64,000 nt of DNA, taken from Octopus vulgaris. Taxonomy: Eukaryota. Of the stretch, positions 13,395 to 26,737 are shown in pieces. How positions within the stretch are numbered: the first letter of the stretch is position 1; each line of letters begins with the position of its first letter. Location: contig OX597819.1 in assembly GCA_951406725.2 (NCBI GenBank), forward strand, positions 130,944,001-131,008,000, written 5' to 3'. The notes under the pieces are model-generated. The model had not been told where the DNA came from. It ran no database searches and saw only the letters and a program-made list of their open reading frames with translations. Made by a program: the position numbers and the translations under genes.

Positions 13395-13785
13395 CTAGCA
13401 GTATCGCCCGGCGTTGCTCGGGCTTGTAAGGGAAATAACTATATAAGCATTTTTAGAGATGTAAAGTATAACAGCCATCTCAATATGGCTAACCACAAAG
13501 GGGGGTGGGTTACTGTAGCTTTTTACGTTCTGAGATTTAATAAATTTTTAGAGAGTTACTTCCCTTATATATGCCAAAAATGCATTAAAAATGGGAAAAA
13601 TTGATGGTAATTTTTTTTTTTAATCGTAGACTCATCGTAGACGCGCGCTAATACCCAGAAGGGCTCGATATGAATCACGACTATAAGATACCCGCTTTTG
13701 GTTACACTGCACCGCAAAATGTGGGAGTAGTTAGGAATCTAAATCGTAGGAGACAGACACACAAACTCTCTTTTATATATAAAGA
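13395..13785 (-). mobile_element. Non-autonomous Helitron, same family
   Basis: Reverse complement of the 8709 copy with the same termini. Confidence 0.85.
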
Positions 13786-15272
13786 TATCATGTAATTTCT
13801 TTTTAGCTGTACACTTTGATCCTACCTCTCCGGTCGTAGCCAGAGAACTGCATGCGGTCCTTGAAATTTTGTGTATGTCTCTTTATTTCATAAGTTCGCA
13901 AAGGAGAAACACATTGTTCATTATCCAGGAATGTAGCATAAGCGAATCTAAAGACGAAATCTTTGGCGAAGGGATGATGCTAAAGTACGCCACTGCCATC
14001 TTCTCGGAGTGAATGAATATTCGTTCTTTCATATCACATCCTATAATATCCTTGCGGCTTCTAATCGGTCACAAAAGACTTCTTAGTAACCAGTGAGTAA
14101 CGTAGACCAAAGTTCAGCTTCCGATAATTCGAGATCGCAGTCCCGTTTCACAGCTCAGTTGATGCCAATTCATTTCAATTAACGTTGCTAATTCTTTCGG
14201 GAAAGATGTTAAAACCACTATTTTCCATTTAATTTATAACCTTTTCAAAAATACAAGACGTTTCTCTTTACCCAAATGAAGTTAATATTTTCGCTAAAAA
14301 TGGTGAAATTGGAGTAATTAGTTAGTAGAATCGGTAGAGCGCTGAACGAAATATCTCCATCCTGCGTCGATGTAGAATGAAGTTACCTCTATATAGCCAG
14401 AGGTAAGTTTCGGCGAATCGAAGGGGAGATTTGGTTTCAATTCCGAATAAGAAGTCATTTCATTCATTCTTTTTTATCGAACGCAAAGTGAAAGTATCCA
14501 ATGGGAACTTCAGCTGAGAACCAGAGCTAAACACCATGACGCATTTTGTCCGCCACTCTTAACAATTGTGCCAATCCCCCGCCGTAATATATTTAAATAA
14601 TAAGAGGGTATTGTAAATAATAAATTGGTTTCAAATTTTGGCGCAAGGTCAGCAATTTCCGGGAAGGGGTTAAGACGATCACATCGGCCGCAGCACTCAA
14701 CTGTTACTTATTTTATCGAGCCCGAAAAAATGAAAAGCAATGTCGACCTAGATGGAATTTGAACTCCGATCGTAACGACAGACGAAATAGCACTAAGCGT
14801 TCTACCCGATATGCTAACGATTCTGCCAGCTTGCCGCCTTGTTTGAGTAATAAATATTATTAGATAGCATTAAACGAAGTGGTGTATGGTTATTACAGAA
14901 TGTGTTACCTTGATGAAACAATTATTCTAACAATTATGTATTACTCAGCAAATTGACAAAAGCTTTCGGCTCTTTTTGTACATAATAAAACTTTTGTTTA
15001 ACTTTGCCTGCCCAAAGTATTTTCATAAGTTTCTCATAAGCGTCCCCGCTCGTTTTCAGATTTTATTTAGCCCTTGTTTCACACGTTTTGAGTAATATAA
15101 GCTCTCCTTTCATAAGTCCCAACTTACCCTGGTGATGGAAAAAAATTGGGACTGAGTATCGTATATGATGCATGGACGCCGGAGAAATATACCTTTTGTA
15201 TCACAGGTGATACACAGAACAAGCAAAGCGTTAATTATGGTTTCTGATGGCGGATTATTAGTTTCCGGTTTC

Positions 15273-15683
15273 AAGGCGGCGAACTGGCAGGATCGTTAGC
15301 ACGCCGGGCAAAATGCTTAGCGGTATTTCGTCTGTCGCTACGTTCTGAGTTCAAATTCTGCCAAGGTCGACTTTACCTTTCATCCTTTCGGGGTCGATTA
15401 AATAAATACCAGTTACGCACTGGGGTCGACATAATCGACTTAATCCGTTTGTCTGTCCTTGTTTGTCCTCTCTGTGCTTAGCCCCTTTGTGGGTAGTAAA
15501 GAAATAGAAATAGGTATTTCGTCTGTCTTTACGTTGTGAGTTCAAATTCCGCCGAGGTCCACTTTGCCTTTCATCCTTTCGGGATCGATAAGTTAAGTAC
15601 CAGTTGCGCACTGGGGTCGTTGTAAATGACTACTCCCCTCCCCACAAATTTCAGACTTTGTACCTTTAGTAGGAAAGATTATT
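15273..15683 (+). mobile_element. SINE family A, dimeric
   Basis: Head + 2 cores. Confidence 0.85.
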
Positions 15684-16501
15684 AGATTCTGGTGAGATGG
15701 GAATTTAGCGGAGTTCTTAGAATATCGGACAAAATGCCCTGCAGTAATTGTTCCGGATTTTAAGGTTCAAATCCTGCTGAAGCCATCTTCCCCTTTCGTT
15801 ATTCCGAGATCTATAAAATAAAGCACCTGTTAAGTACTAAGGTCAATTTAATCAATTAATTTCTCCTCGTCAAAATGATTGGCTTTCTGTCTAAATTAGA
15901 AATTATTATTACATTTGGAAACAAATTAAGTACCTGATTATATCGTGATAGTGCAATAACACAATTATTACGAAGAAAATTTACCATTTCTGATGGATGC
16001 GCAGTGTTCACTTGGCACTCCAGAATATAAACACCTGATTAAATATAATTAATGATTAAAAATAATTGAATAATATTTATGGTAAAATATGATTAAATAT
16101 TAATTACGATTTAATAATATAATTAAATAGAATTACGGTTAAATATAATTATACTTAAATATAATTCCGTGATAATTATGGTTAATTATATTTAAAAAAT
16201 AATTAGGGCTAAATATAATTAAATAATAATTATAAATTTTCAAAAGTACTGAAGCATTATAATAATAAATTTGTGTACTAAACGCAAAGGAACAATATCT
16301 GCTTCTGCAATCGTTCAAGAAGACAACTTCAAGAAGGCAGGTTTTAATGCCAGTGATTTTTTCGATATTATAGGCGCAGGGATGGCGGTGGAGTTAAGGT
16401 CGGCGAGTGTCTTCTATGTAACCCAGACGGTGTAGGTGAATTTGATAGATGAAGACGATGCGGAAGCTCGTCGTATACTATATACATATAGATAGATAAA
16501 T

Positions 16502-16557
<56 letters not shown>

Positions 16558-16687
16558 GAATGTGTAGGTGTATGTGCACGCGTGCCTTTGTGTTTGTCCC
16601 ACCCACCACTTGACAACAGGTACTGGTTTGTTTACGGCCCCATAACTTTGCACTTCAGCAAAAGACGCCGACTTAACAAGTAACAGA

Positions 16688-17349
16688 TTAAATAAGTACC
16701 AGTTACGCACTGGGGTCGATGTAATCGACTTAATACCTGTCTGTCCTTGTTTGTCCCCTCTCTGTTTAGCCCTTTGTGGGTAATAAAGAAATAGGTATTT
16801 CGTCTGCCGTTACGTTCTGAGTTCAAATTCCGCCGAGGTCGACTTTGCCTTTCATCCTTTCGGGTTCGATAAATTAAGTACCAGTTACGCACTGGGGTCG
16901 ATGTAATCGACTTAATCCGTTTGTCTGTCCTTGTTTGTCCCCTCTATGTTTAGCCCCTTGTGGGTAGTAAAGAAATAGGTATTTCGTCTGCCGCTACGTT
17001 CTGAGTTCAAATTCCGCCAAGGTCGACTTTGCTTTTCATCCTTTCGGGGTCGATAAATTAAGTACCAGTTACGCACTGGGGTCGACATAATCGACTTAAT
17101 CCGTTTGTCTGTCCTTGTTTGTCCCCTCTATGTTTAGCCCCTTGTGGGTAGTAAAGAAATAGGTATTTCGTCTGCCGCTACGTTCTGAGTTCAAATTCCG
17201 CCAAGGTCGACTTTGCTTTTCATCCTTTCGGGGTCGATAAATTAAGTACCAGTTACGCACTGGGGTCGACATAATCGACTTAATCCGTTTGTCTGTCCTT
17301 GTTTATCCTCTCTATGTTTAGCCACGTGTGTGTAGTAGAGAAATAGGTA
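16688..17349 (+). mobile_element. SINE family A tandem array, 184-bp period
   Basis: CGTCTGCCG at 16801, 16985, 17169. Confidence 0.9.
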
Positions 17350-17772
17350 ATACTCGACAGTCCACCCCTGTTCTCCGAACTCTCACACCTCTTCTCCTTC
17401 CGTTGCTCTGCGATGTTCTCTTCCCATGGCACTGTCAGTTCCAGCAAAATTCCAATGTTTCGTTCTGTGTTCCATCAGATCAAGTCCGGTCTTTCAGTTG
17501 TTTTTATGAGTGGAAACATTAACAGCCTTTCCAAATCACGTGGGCAGAAATATATACATTTGTATAATAATTCTGCTGCTTCTTTCGCTCACGTGTTATG
17601 CTTTAGTTTGTCGGTGGGGGAATTGGAGTGAGTGAGAGGTGGAGTGACAGTGAGAGAGAGAGGGGGAGAGTAAGAAGGAGAAAGCAGGAGAGAGGGAGGA
17701 GGGTGATTGCAGATAGCCACTTCCACTAACCACGTTGGTTGGTGGAACTGAGAGGTGAAGAGAAAGAAGAGA

Positions 17773-18378
17773 GAAATACCTATTTCTTTACTACCCACAA
17801 GGGGCTAAACACAGAGAGGACAAACAAGGACAGACAAACGGATTAAGTCGATTACATCGACCCCAGTGCGTAACTGGTATTTGATTTATCGACCCCGAAA
17901 GGATGAAAGGCAAAGTCGACCTTGGCGGAATTTGAACTCAGAACGTAACGGCAGACGAAATACCTATTTCTTTACTACCCACAAGGGGCTAAATACAGAG
18001 AGGACAAACAAGGACAGACAAACGGATTAAGTCGATTACATCGACCCCAGTGCATAACTGGTACTTGATTTATCGACCCCGAAAGGATGAAAGGCAAAGT
18101 CGACCTTGGCGGAATTTGAACTCAGAACGTAACGGCAGACGAAATACCTATTTCTTTACTACCCACAAGGGGCTAAACACAGAGAGGACAAACAAGGACA
18201 GACAAACGGATTAAGTCGATTACATCGACCCCAGTGCGTAACTGGTACTTGATTTATCGACCCCGAAAGGATGAAAGGCAAAGTCGACCTCGGCGGAATT
18301 TGAACCCAGAACGTAGCGGCAGACAAAATACCGTTAAGCATTTCGCCCGGCGTGCTAACGATTCTGCCAACTTGCCGC
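17773..18378 (-). mobile_element. SINE family A tandem array, 184-bp period
   Basis: GAAATACC at 17773, 17957, 18141; head at 18378. Confidence 0.9.
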
Positions 18379-18897
18379 CAACGGCGTGAAGAGAGGAATT
18401 ACATGGTAAAACGTTTGTTGAAGAGGTAAAGAGACAGACAGACAGACAGACAGAAAGAAGGGGGAGGGGGAAAGAGAGAAGTGTTTAACAGAGGGTAATT
18501 TTAAAAACATATAATATTATTGTGACTGGAAGTAAAATAACTTAGCAAAATAACTGTGAATGTTATTTTTTTTTAATTTGCAATGGAATTGAAACTAATC
18601 ATGTGAATAAAAGCATTGTGTATATTCTCTAAATCGTTTTGTGTACATAAAGTGTATTTAATGTAAAGTAATTATGATAAAATATTGCATAATAAGGAAT
18701 ATGCAATTATATATTGATCGTGCAGTTTCAACAGAATTAAATATTAACGAATGTTTTGTATTATTAAATATTGTATAGACTGTCATCGTATATTTTTCTA
18801 CCACTTTTCGCACGGGCAAAAATAAAACATGTAAATCGTCCTTTCTTTCTTAAATAGTTCCTCCTAGGTTTTTTCGTGGAATTTCCACAGGTTCCCC

Positions 18898-18951
<54 letters not shown>

Positions 18952-19028
18952 CTGTCTGTCTATGTGCACACGCAATTATGTATACACATATACGTTCAGA
19001 CATATACACAGACACGATTGTGTGTGTG

Positions 19029-19075
<47 letters not shown>

Positions 19076-19477
19076 TTGTGTGTGTATCCGAGAGTAGGGT
19101 AAGACAGGGAAATTGATTCAAATGTCTATATTACACCACAACTAACCAATTACTTAATCCTACATCCGTTTCGCTAACGAATACTGTTATGTTATGTGAT
19201 TAACGTTACGACGATGATCGTCGCATACCAGGTCTTCATAAGAATCTTGTAATTTATTTCAGTTAATCACATAATCAAGGCAGCATCACTGAACCCACAC
19301 CAACACCAAGCACAGACAAACCCACAGCTACCACCACCAACCAACCAACACCTACCTCAACGAAACGAAAACACGCATAGAAGCAACAACAGCAGACAGA
19401 CACACAAACACTGTAGCATCAACAAAGCACACTCATGCCAAATGTTGCGTTTGTAAGGAACACTAACAAAAAACTGA

Positions 19478-19894
19478 AGGGCGGCGAGCTGGCAGAAACG
19501 TTAGCACGCTGGACAAAATGTTTAGTGGTATTTCGTCTGCCGTTACGTTCTGAGTTCAAATTCCGTCGAGGTCGACTTTGCCTTTCATCCTTTCGGGGTC
19601 GATTAAATAAGTACCAGTTACGCACTGGAGTCGATATAATCGACTTAATCCCTTTGTCTGTCCTTGTTTGTCCCCTCTGTGTTTAGCCCCTTGTGTGTAG
19701 TAAAGAAATAGGAATTTCGTCTGCCGCTTACGTTCTGAGTTCAAATTCCGCCGAGGTCGACTTTGCCTTTCAGCCTTTCGAGATCGATAAATTAAGTACC
19801 AGTTACGCACTGGGGTCGATTTAATCGACTTAATCCCTTTTTCTGTCCTTGTTTGTCCCCTCTATGTTTAGCCCCTTGCGGGCAATAAAGAGAT
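19478..19894 (+). mobile_element. SINE family A, dimeric
   Basis: Head + 2 units. Confidence 0.85.
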
Positions 19895-20129
19895 AACTAA
19901 CAAAAAAACTGATGTCCTTCATCTCACAAACGGATATCATTGAAACAGCAGAAGTCTTCAAGTCCAACACTTACAGTGTGCAAAAAAATTTGTAATTAAT
20001 AAATCTGAACTTGAAGGCATACAAAATAGTGGGAGAGAATGTCTCCAATGATGTAAGAAACCTGAACACAAGAGCCACCAATAAGCTCCTGAAGGACTGT
20101 CCAAAGGGACCTCAAAATTTTATTGTGAC

Positions 20130-20460
20130 CACGTGACTAAGTCTTTGGGAACACTAAATATTCTGCTGTTCAAATGCTGCATTTGTCGCCAAAAGCCGCT
20201 GCATGGAGGACTGGGCATGCCGTGGCTGATGATGTGCAGATATGTGCTGAGTTTACGACACCTCCGACTTTCCCTTGAAGCAGTGCAGGTGCGGTTGCCG
20301 TTTCCTAGACGTGCTTTTCTGCAGATCGTTTCTCTGACTAAGCTACAGTCCATCGCCAAACGTAGCCGGAAGCAGAGCGCTTAGTGTTTAGAATGTCATC
20401 AGATGCTCACAGTCCCCTACCAGTCGGACAATGCGGTCGGTGGATATTTTATCATGGCAT
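20130..20460 (+). mobile_element. Possible L1/Tx1 ORF2 fragment
   Basis: KPLHGGLGMP resembles the post-RT GGLG motif. Confidence 0.4.
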
Positions 20461-20761
20461 TTATTCTATAGAAGATTAATGGTAAGTAAGATCAAAGATG
20501 TCTTCGGGAAGCGATGAACCTCCGGAGGACTTTTGGTCTTAAGCCGACGGATAATTTCCAGAAATCACTTGCCCCTAGTGCTATCGGGGATGGGGCATGG
20601 CTCAATTGGTACTTGTTTTATCGATCACGAAAGAATGAAAGGCAAAATCAACCTCAGTGGAATTTGAACTCATGACATAAAAGTGGACGAAATGCCGCTA
20701 AGCATTTTGTCCGGCGTGCCAACTCTCCGGCAAGCTGGGCCGCCGTTCATGTGTAGATATT

Positions 20762-21152
20762 CTTTTACTCTTTTAGTTCTTTCAGTCATTTGACTGCGGC
20801 CATGCTGGAGCACCGCCTTTTAGTCGAGCAAATCGACCCCGGGATTTATTCTTTGTAAGCCTAGTACTTATTCTATCGGTCTCTTTTGCCGAACCGCTAA
20901 GTTACGAGGTCATAAACACACCAACATCGGTTGTCAATCAATGTTGGGGGGACAAACATAGACACACACACACACACATATACATACATATATATGACGG
21001 GCTTCTTTCAGTTTCCGTCTACCAAATCCACTCACAAGGCTTTGGTTGGCCCGAGGCTATAGTAGAAGACATTTGCCCAAGGTGCCACGCAGTGGGACTG
21101 AACCAGGAACCATGTGGTTGGTAAGCAAGCTACTTACCACACAGCCACTCCT
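20762..21152 (-). mobile_element. SINE family B
   Basis: Reverse complement of 36542 copy. Confidence 0.85.
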
Positions 21153-21539
21153 ACGTAATGAAAGGTGCGAAAAGCGAATAAGAAAACAATGAGAGACTAG
21201 TGAGAATCGAACTCACGTTCCCTTTGTTCGCAGTTGAGTGCAGTTAATGCTGTCACCAAGCAATAAGATAAAGAATACAATCCTTTTAAGGAAACACTCT
21301 CCCCTCTCCTTCTCTCTATCTCTCCTTCTCTCTCACTCACTCTCCCTCTCTCACTCACTCACTCTCCCTCTTTCTCATTCACTCTTTCTTTCGCTCTTTA
21401 TTTCTATCTTTCTCCTCCTATCTCTCTCTCTCACCCTCTCTCTATCTTTCTCTCTGTCTCTCTCTCAGGGTTTATTATTCCCTTTAATATTTTTAGATTG
21501 TTCAGGCACAGGCCAAGATTTCATTACATAATCATACTT

Positions 21540-21975
21540 AGATAAACTTAGATATGTTTCGACCAAAGATTGGTCCAGGCAATGTCTAACTTAATAGCAC
21601 CACCTGATAGGATTATTCGAATCCTGTTTAAGTCAAGTTTTGTTTATGGTCCATTCAAGTAGTGAGTTTTTGTTGGGTCAGTTGTATCCAGTTATGGGTG
21701 GCTTATCTGGTATTCCTTGAAGGAATCTATCCAGACTCCGTTTAAAGTTGATGGGATCCTGTTCCTCTTTGATCTCTTTCGGGACAATGTTAAATAGGGC
21801 AGGGCCTGTCGAGGAAAAGAAATTATGTTGCAGTGTACATGTATGCTGTGATCTTGAATTGGGCAGGGGACGTAAGGCCCGTGGTCCCAGTCTTGGATGA
21901 ACCTTGAAGCTAATGTTCAGATCGTTTGGGCAAAGTTGGCGGTATATTCTCCACATCGTACAAATGATGTACTCA
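21540..21975 (-). mobile_element. CR1/L2-group LINE 3' fragment
   Basis: GPALFNIVP..FKRSLDRFLQGIPDKP C-terminal motif. Confidence 0.65.
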
Positions 21976-22414
21976 TGAAATTCAGTCCCGGAAAAGAAAA
22001 GAATCCACCTTCAAGGAGTCAAGTTAAGTTTACAGCCATAAGTCTAATAAAGGAAAGGAAAGAGAAAAGAGAAAAAAAATAATACAGGTCTAAATAAATA
22101 AATAAATATATAAATAAATATATAAATAAATATACAAATAAATAAATAAATAAATAAATAAATAAGCTAAAGAATTGGAATCGAAAAATTTAAGGGAAGT
22201 AACTCTTTAAATTTGAAAAGAGTTTATTGCCCTTGATTTATTTACAGTTTATTGCCCTTGATTTAGTTGTAATAGTATTTCTAAATTTATATTTTACGCT
22301 GGGCAATTTTAATACAGCCATATACATCATAAGGAATATATGGCAAAACGTTATACGATGCGACTTAAAATCAAAGCACAGAAAGATTCTAGTAAATCTA
22401 TTCGGAACTCCTTA

Positions 22415-22877
22415 CTTCCCTGGGCATGGATACATTGAAACTCCGACGTCTGGCAGCTGACTTGGCAGACACACATAAAGTTATTAACCATCTTACAAAC
22501 AATAACTCTGAACACCTTTTCAAACTCCACCTGTCTAACACCCGTGGACATGTTTACAAAGTCAGAAAACAGCACAGCTCCAATGACTTCCGGAAACATT
22601 TTTTCATGCTAAGAGTTGCTGAAGCATGGAACAAACTGCCGGCATCAGTTGTTAATTGTCGGAGCACTGCATCCTTCAAAACTTCCATGCTTCCTGAGAT
22701 TCGCCAACACTACACCTGATTTTCTCCCCTCCATACACACGCAAGCATGTATCTGACTCATACACAGTTCACTTCCCAGACATTTGTACATTACTGCAAA
22801 TACTTTATACGCACTTTTGACAAGTTGTGGTGCACCTGAGCACTGTATACAATAATTTCATTATTATTATTATTATT
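22415..22877 (+). mobile_element. CR1 LINE 3' fragment
   Basis: LRRL..DL..TRGH..RKHFF..RV..WNKLP motif, 3' UTR and (ATT)n tail. Confidence 0.85.
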
Positions 22878-25138
22878 AAATTCTATAGGGTATTTAATCC
22901 GATGCTGCGTAAACTTATGGTTAAGAAGTTTGCTTTGCAATCAAACACCTCTGCGAGGCATCTTGGACAAGTTGCATGTGCCATAGTCTCGGTTCAGTTT
23001 AAGCATTGTAAGTGAAACTGGGTAAGTAGGAACTGTGTGGAAGCCTAACTGAATGAATTATAACTGTTGTTGGATTTTTCATGGACATGGCATAAAAAAT
23101 AACCAATTTTTCAAAGGAGTGAATGTCGTGGAGTTTAGTTACATCCCACAAACACTGAAGTTTTTCTCAAAATTCAGGGTTTTTATAACTGCTTTAAAGA
23201 ATCGAAAACACATAAAAATATTCTTTTAACTAACTTTTAGAATTCTTATATGAGCAGTTATATCAACCAATGGGAAAACGACAATCATATTTCTCCGGCA
23301 ATACGACATTACGTCATACTGCCAGCTACCACAAAATGGCGCTACTATTTGAAAATGGCTACACGCTACACTGTAATTTAAAGATCTAGTTTTGTTACAT
23401 TGAGTAACATTGGAATACTCAGCTACTTACATACATTAATTAAATGAACAGATTGTTTAGATAATCGAACAACTGGCTGCTCATCATTGAAACGGACGGA
23501 GATCCATTTACATCTCATATCGTTTCCATAAATTTCATTGTTCTTCATTAATGAAACGCCAAGGGCTATTTTTAGCATGGTTTGTCCTTATGACGGAGCC
23601 TCTATGTGTTCGATCTGCTACAAAACAAAGCTTTCTCTCGTATTATATTAACCATTTTAGGAAGGGATATATTGAACGGTGTGATTCCGAGTGCATTGTA
23701 CCTAGGAACAAAAAAGACAGAGATGGTCACATTTGAAATGCCACGAAGTATTTTATGCGACCTGTTAACAATTCTGCCAGCTGCTGGCCGCCTTAAACAA
23801 CAGCCTAAATAATACTTTCTATTCACCATTTAACTGTCCAATTTTCACAAGAAAAATGTCTATGTTCCATTGAAATAATAATAATTTAATGTGCAGAAAG
23901 TTCCCCTATGTTTTTCGCATTCATAATCAGCATTGTCTTTCCTACATTGTCCTTATTTTCATGTATGTAGACATCCTTCTTAGTTTCACTAATTGAGTAA
24001 GTATACATCATTGCAGAGGACTAATAAGATCAAAATATATCCGTTGCTTTCAGCTATTAGCTTTCATCCCAATCTGCATTGTTCATTCCAATGGTTCTCA
24101 GTCGTTTTTTAATTCCTGGCGCACCACAAATCAAACAAAAGCAATTTACACAGTTTACATGGAAAGTTTAAAATTAATGAAAGTTTACAGTCCAAGATTT
24201 ACCCCGCCAAAAAGCAAGTTACTGCTTACCTTTATTTTTATTAATCCTATTTAATTATAACAAATTATGAGTATCATTTTTTTTTTTCAAGACACTCAGT
24301 CATTATTATAAATTTCTAAAGATTTTCCATCTAGTTTGCATCTCTCATCTGGAAGCCCCATCTTTTCCAGAATATCGATCTACCGGAAGCTGTGCAGAGA
24401 CATGCAACGAAACGAATTCTCTCCGTATCCTTTCTTGAACGCCTTGCTTCCTTGGACATCGACATATTCGAAGTTTCGATGTTTAATAGCTGATAGTGTT
24501 GAATCTTCCCAATAACAACTTTGGCCACCATTTTTAATTCAAGATTTCTACCATCGATAGACATGCTCAAAAACTTTGAAATAGAAAACAGTACAATACC
24601 CATTATTTTTTTTCACGTTGAGAATTGCCAAAACAGGAGTAAACTACTGGCATCGGTTGTTAGCTGTCAGGATACTGCATCTTCCAAACATTCCGTGTTT
24701 TCCGAAATTCACACACACAACTCCGAATGTACCTTGGCACCTTTTCCTCGTTTTTGATTCTTTTGCAGTTCACTTTTTTTTATCTTTTTGTCTATAATTC
24801 TATGTGCTATGCTTGCATTTTTGGTTTTCATTTCTGTCTTTTTTTATTCGACTAACAGTTTCCTTCTATCCTTTCGTTTCTCCTTTACTGACATGTGGTA
24901 CACCTGAGCAGAGTGTACAATAAGCTCATTATTAGCATTTCCAGACGACGAAGACACACACTAAATTTAACAACATGAAAATTTTGAAAACGGGATCAAT
25001 GTAAAAACGCATAAATCCTGAAGATATTTTGTTGGTGGTTTAATAATATATGGATCCGGATGATCGCTTATGGTCGGTATATTTTCTTTTACTTTTACAG
25101 TACAGAGATATGGTAAGTTTTATATTGATAACCCCACT

Positions 25139-25367
25139 CTGTTGTTCTGGACATAACAAAACTTTCAACCGTGTTTAACATGCAAATCTAACAAAAACTT
25201 TCCCGTCCAGGCTCCACCTTTCTCTCTTCTCTTGGATCAGTAGCTTCCTATCACTTCGTGCCATTGTGACGTGTTGACAGAGCTCTTTGGGCCCCACTCT
25301 CGATCAACACTGGTGTTCTGTAGGGCTCTCGTTTATCCTCCCTTTTTTTTTCCTTCTATACATCAAT
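25139..25367 (+). pseudogene. Near-identical duplicate of RT fragment 28514-28762
   Basis: Direct sequence match. Confidence 0.8.
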
Positions 25368-26140
25368 GCAGCGTACGGCAAGTTTTCGTGAATAAATAGC
25401 ATTCTCGATGCTTGGAAGTTGGGAAAATTGCAATTTTAAAAATCCTAGCAGAGCATCGCCCAAGAACCACTGGTCAATATTGTTCAAAGATTTCAATCAA
25501 CTAATCTTGAGTTATCTCCCTTGACTGTATTTACTTAACTTTTAATCCTCCTGAAATAATCTCAGTTGATCAAATTTTTATTATTATTATTATTATTATT
25601 TTCAGCTCAGTCCATTACATAGGGGAAACCCTATTATATTTCAAGTAATAGTGAATTACTGGTATTCCTTTTGTGCATTCTGCTCCATGCCATAGGAGGT
25701 GCTCTAATGAACTTTATCTCTGTGTTCCAGACCACTTTATGCCATTTCGTCTGACTCGAAATCCTTCATCCAAATTCTGTTGCGCTTCCACGAACAAGGA
25801 AGTCTTCCTACGGTCGTAGCTTTTTTTTCCTTGAACTCCCAGACTTCAGAACTCTCTTCTATCTCATCATTTTCCTCCTTCCTATGACTTGAACTCTTTC
25901 GACTATAAAGTAAATTCATTTCTTTCGTTTTAATTTCTCCACCTTCAAAGTGGCTTCTCTCCTTGTTTGGGACTTTCTTATTTAAGAAAACAAAACAAAA
26001 CAAAAACCTACTCTAAAACATTAGAATCTCTGGCAGCGAACCAAATATTATTTTTGATATTCCGCTCTCCGTCGTATTTTGGAAACAACAGAACTTCTGG
26101 TCGCAGATTTTCAATAATCACTGGTTCACTACATTTTACA

Positions 26141-26414
26141 GGTACTACTTGAGAACTGTGGTCCCGGTGCGCGCACACGCGCAGTCGCGCATCCGCGCTA
26201 GCTAGTCGTAGGTAGTCGATCCTACAACGACTACCCAACAAAGTAAATAAAACACAAAATAAATAATTTTTTTAAAACAAAGTAAATAATTTTTGTTAAA
26301 CAAAGTAAATAAAACACAAAAACACACAGTAAGGATCGACTAGTCACGACTAGCTGGCGCGGATGCGCGAGTACGCGAGCCCGCGCACCGGGACCACTGT
26401 TCTCGAGTAGTACC
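26141..26414. mobile_element. MITE family M1 (GGTACTAC termini, ~80-bp TIR, 9-bp TSD; Merlin- or MULE-like)
   Basis: TSD CATTTTACA at 26132-26140 and 26415-26423. Confidence 0.9.
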
Positions 26415-26521
26415 CATTTTACAACGGCAACAGAATAAATACCACAATGTATTTCTATTTGAAAGCACCGATTTATTGGTTTACTCGCGGGTGTTTACAT
26501 CTTTTGCTACTTCCCCGATAA

Positions 26522-26573
<52 letters not shown>

Positions 26574-26677
26574 AGTAGTAGTAGTAGTAATAGTAGTAGT
26601 AGTGATGGTGGTGGCGGTGGTGGTGGTGGTGGTGGTGGTGGTAGTAGTAGTAGTAGTGGTGGTGGTGGTGGTAGTAC

Positions 26678-26720
<43 letters not shown>

Positions 26721-26737
26721 GGTGGTGGTGGTGGTAG
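26522..26737. repeat. (TAG/TGG)n microsatellite
   Basis: Direct. Confidence 0.95.

Noticed and set aside
16801-16984. Hammerhead ribozyme within the 184-bp SINE unit
   Set aside because: No CUGANGA...GAAA core found on either strand
16688-18378. CRISPR-like array
   Set aside because: Whole 184-bp units repeat with no unique spacers, no cas genes, eukaryotic context
5514-19810. Recurrent MRNWYLIYRPRK ORF family
   Set aside because: Antisense translation of SINE A; stops and frameshifts vary between copies
23551-23829. Short overlapping ORFs in unique sequence
   Set aside because: Short, no homology recognised
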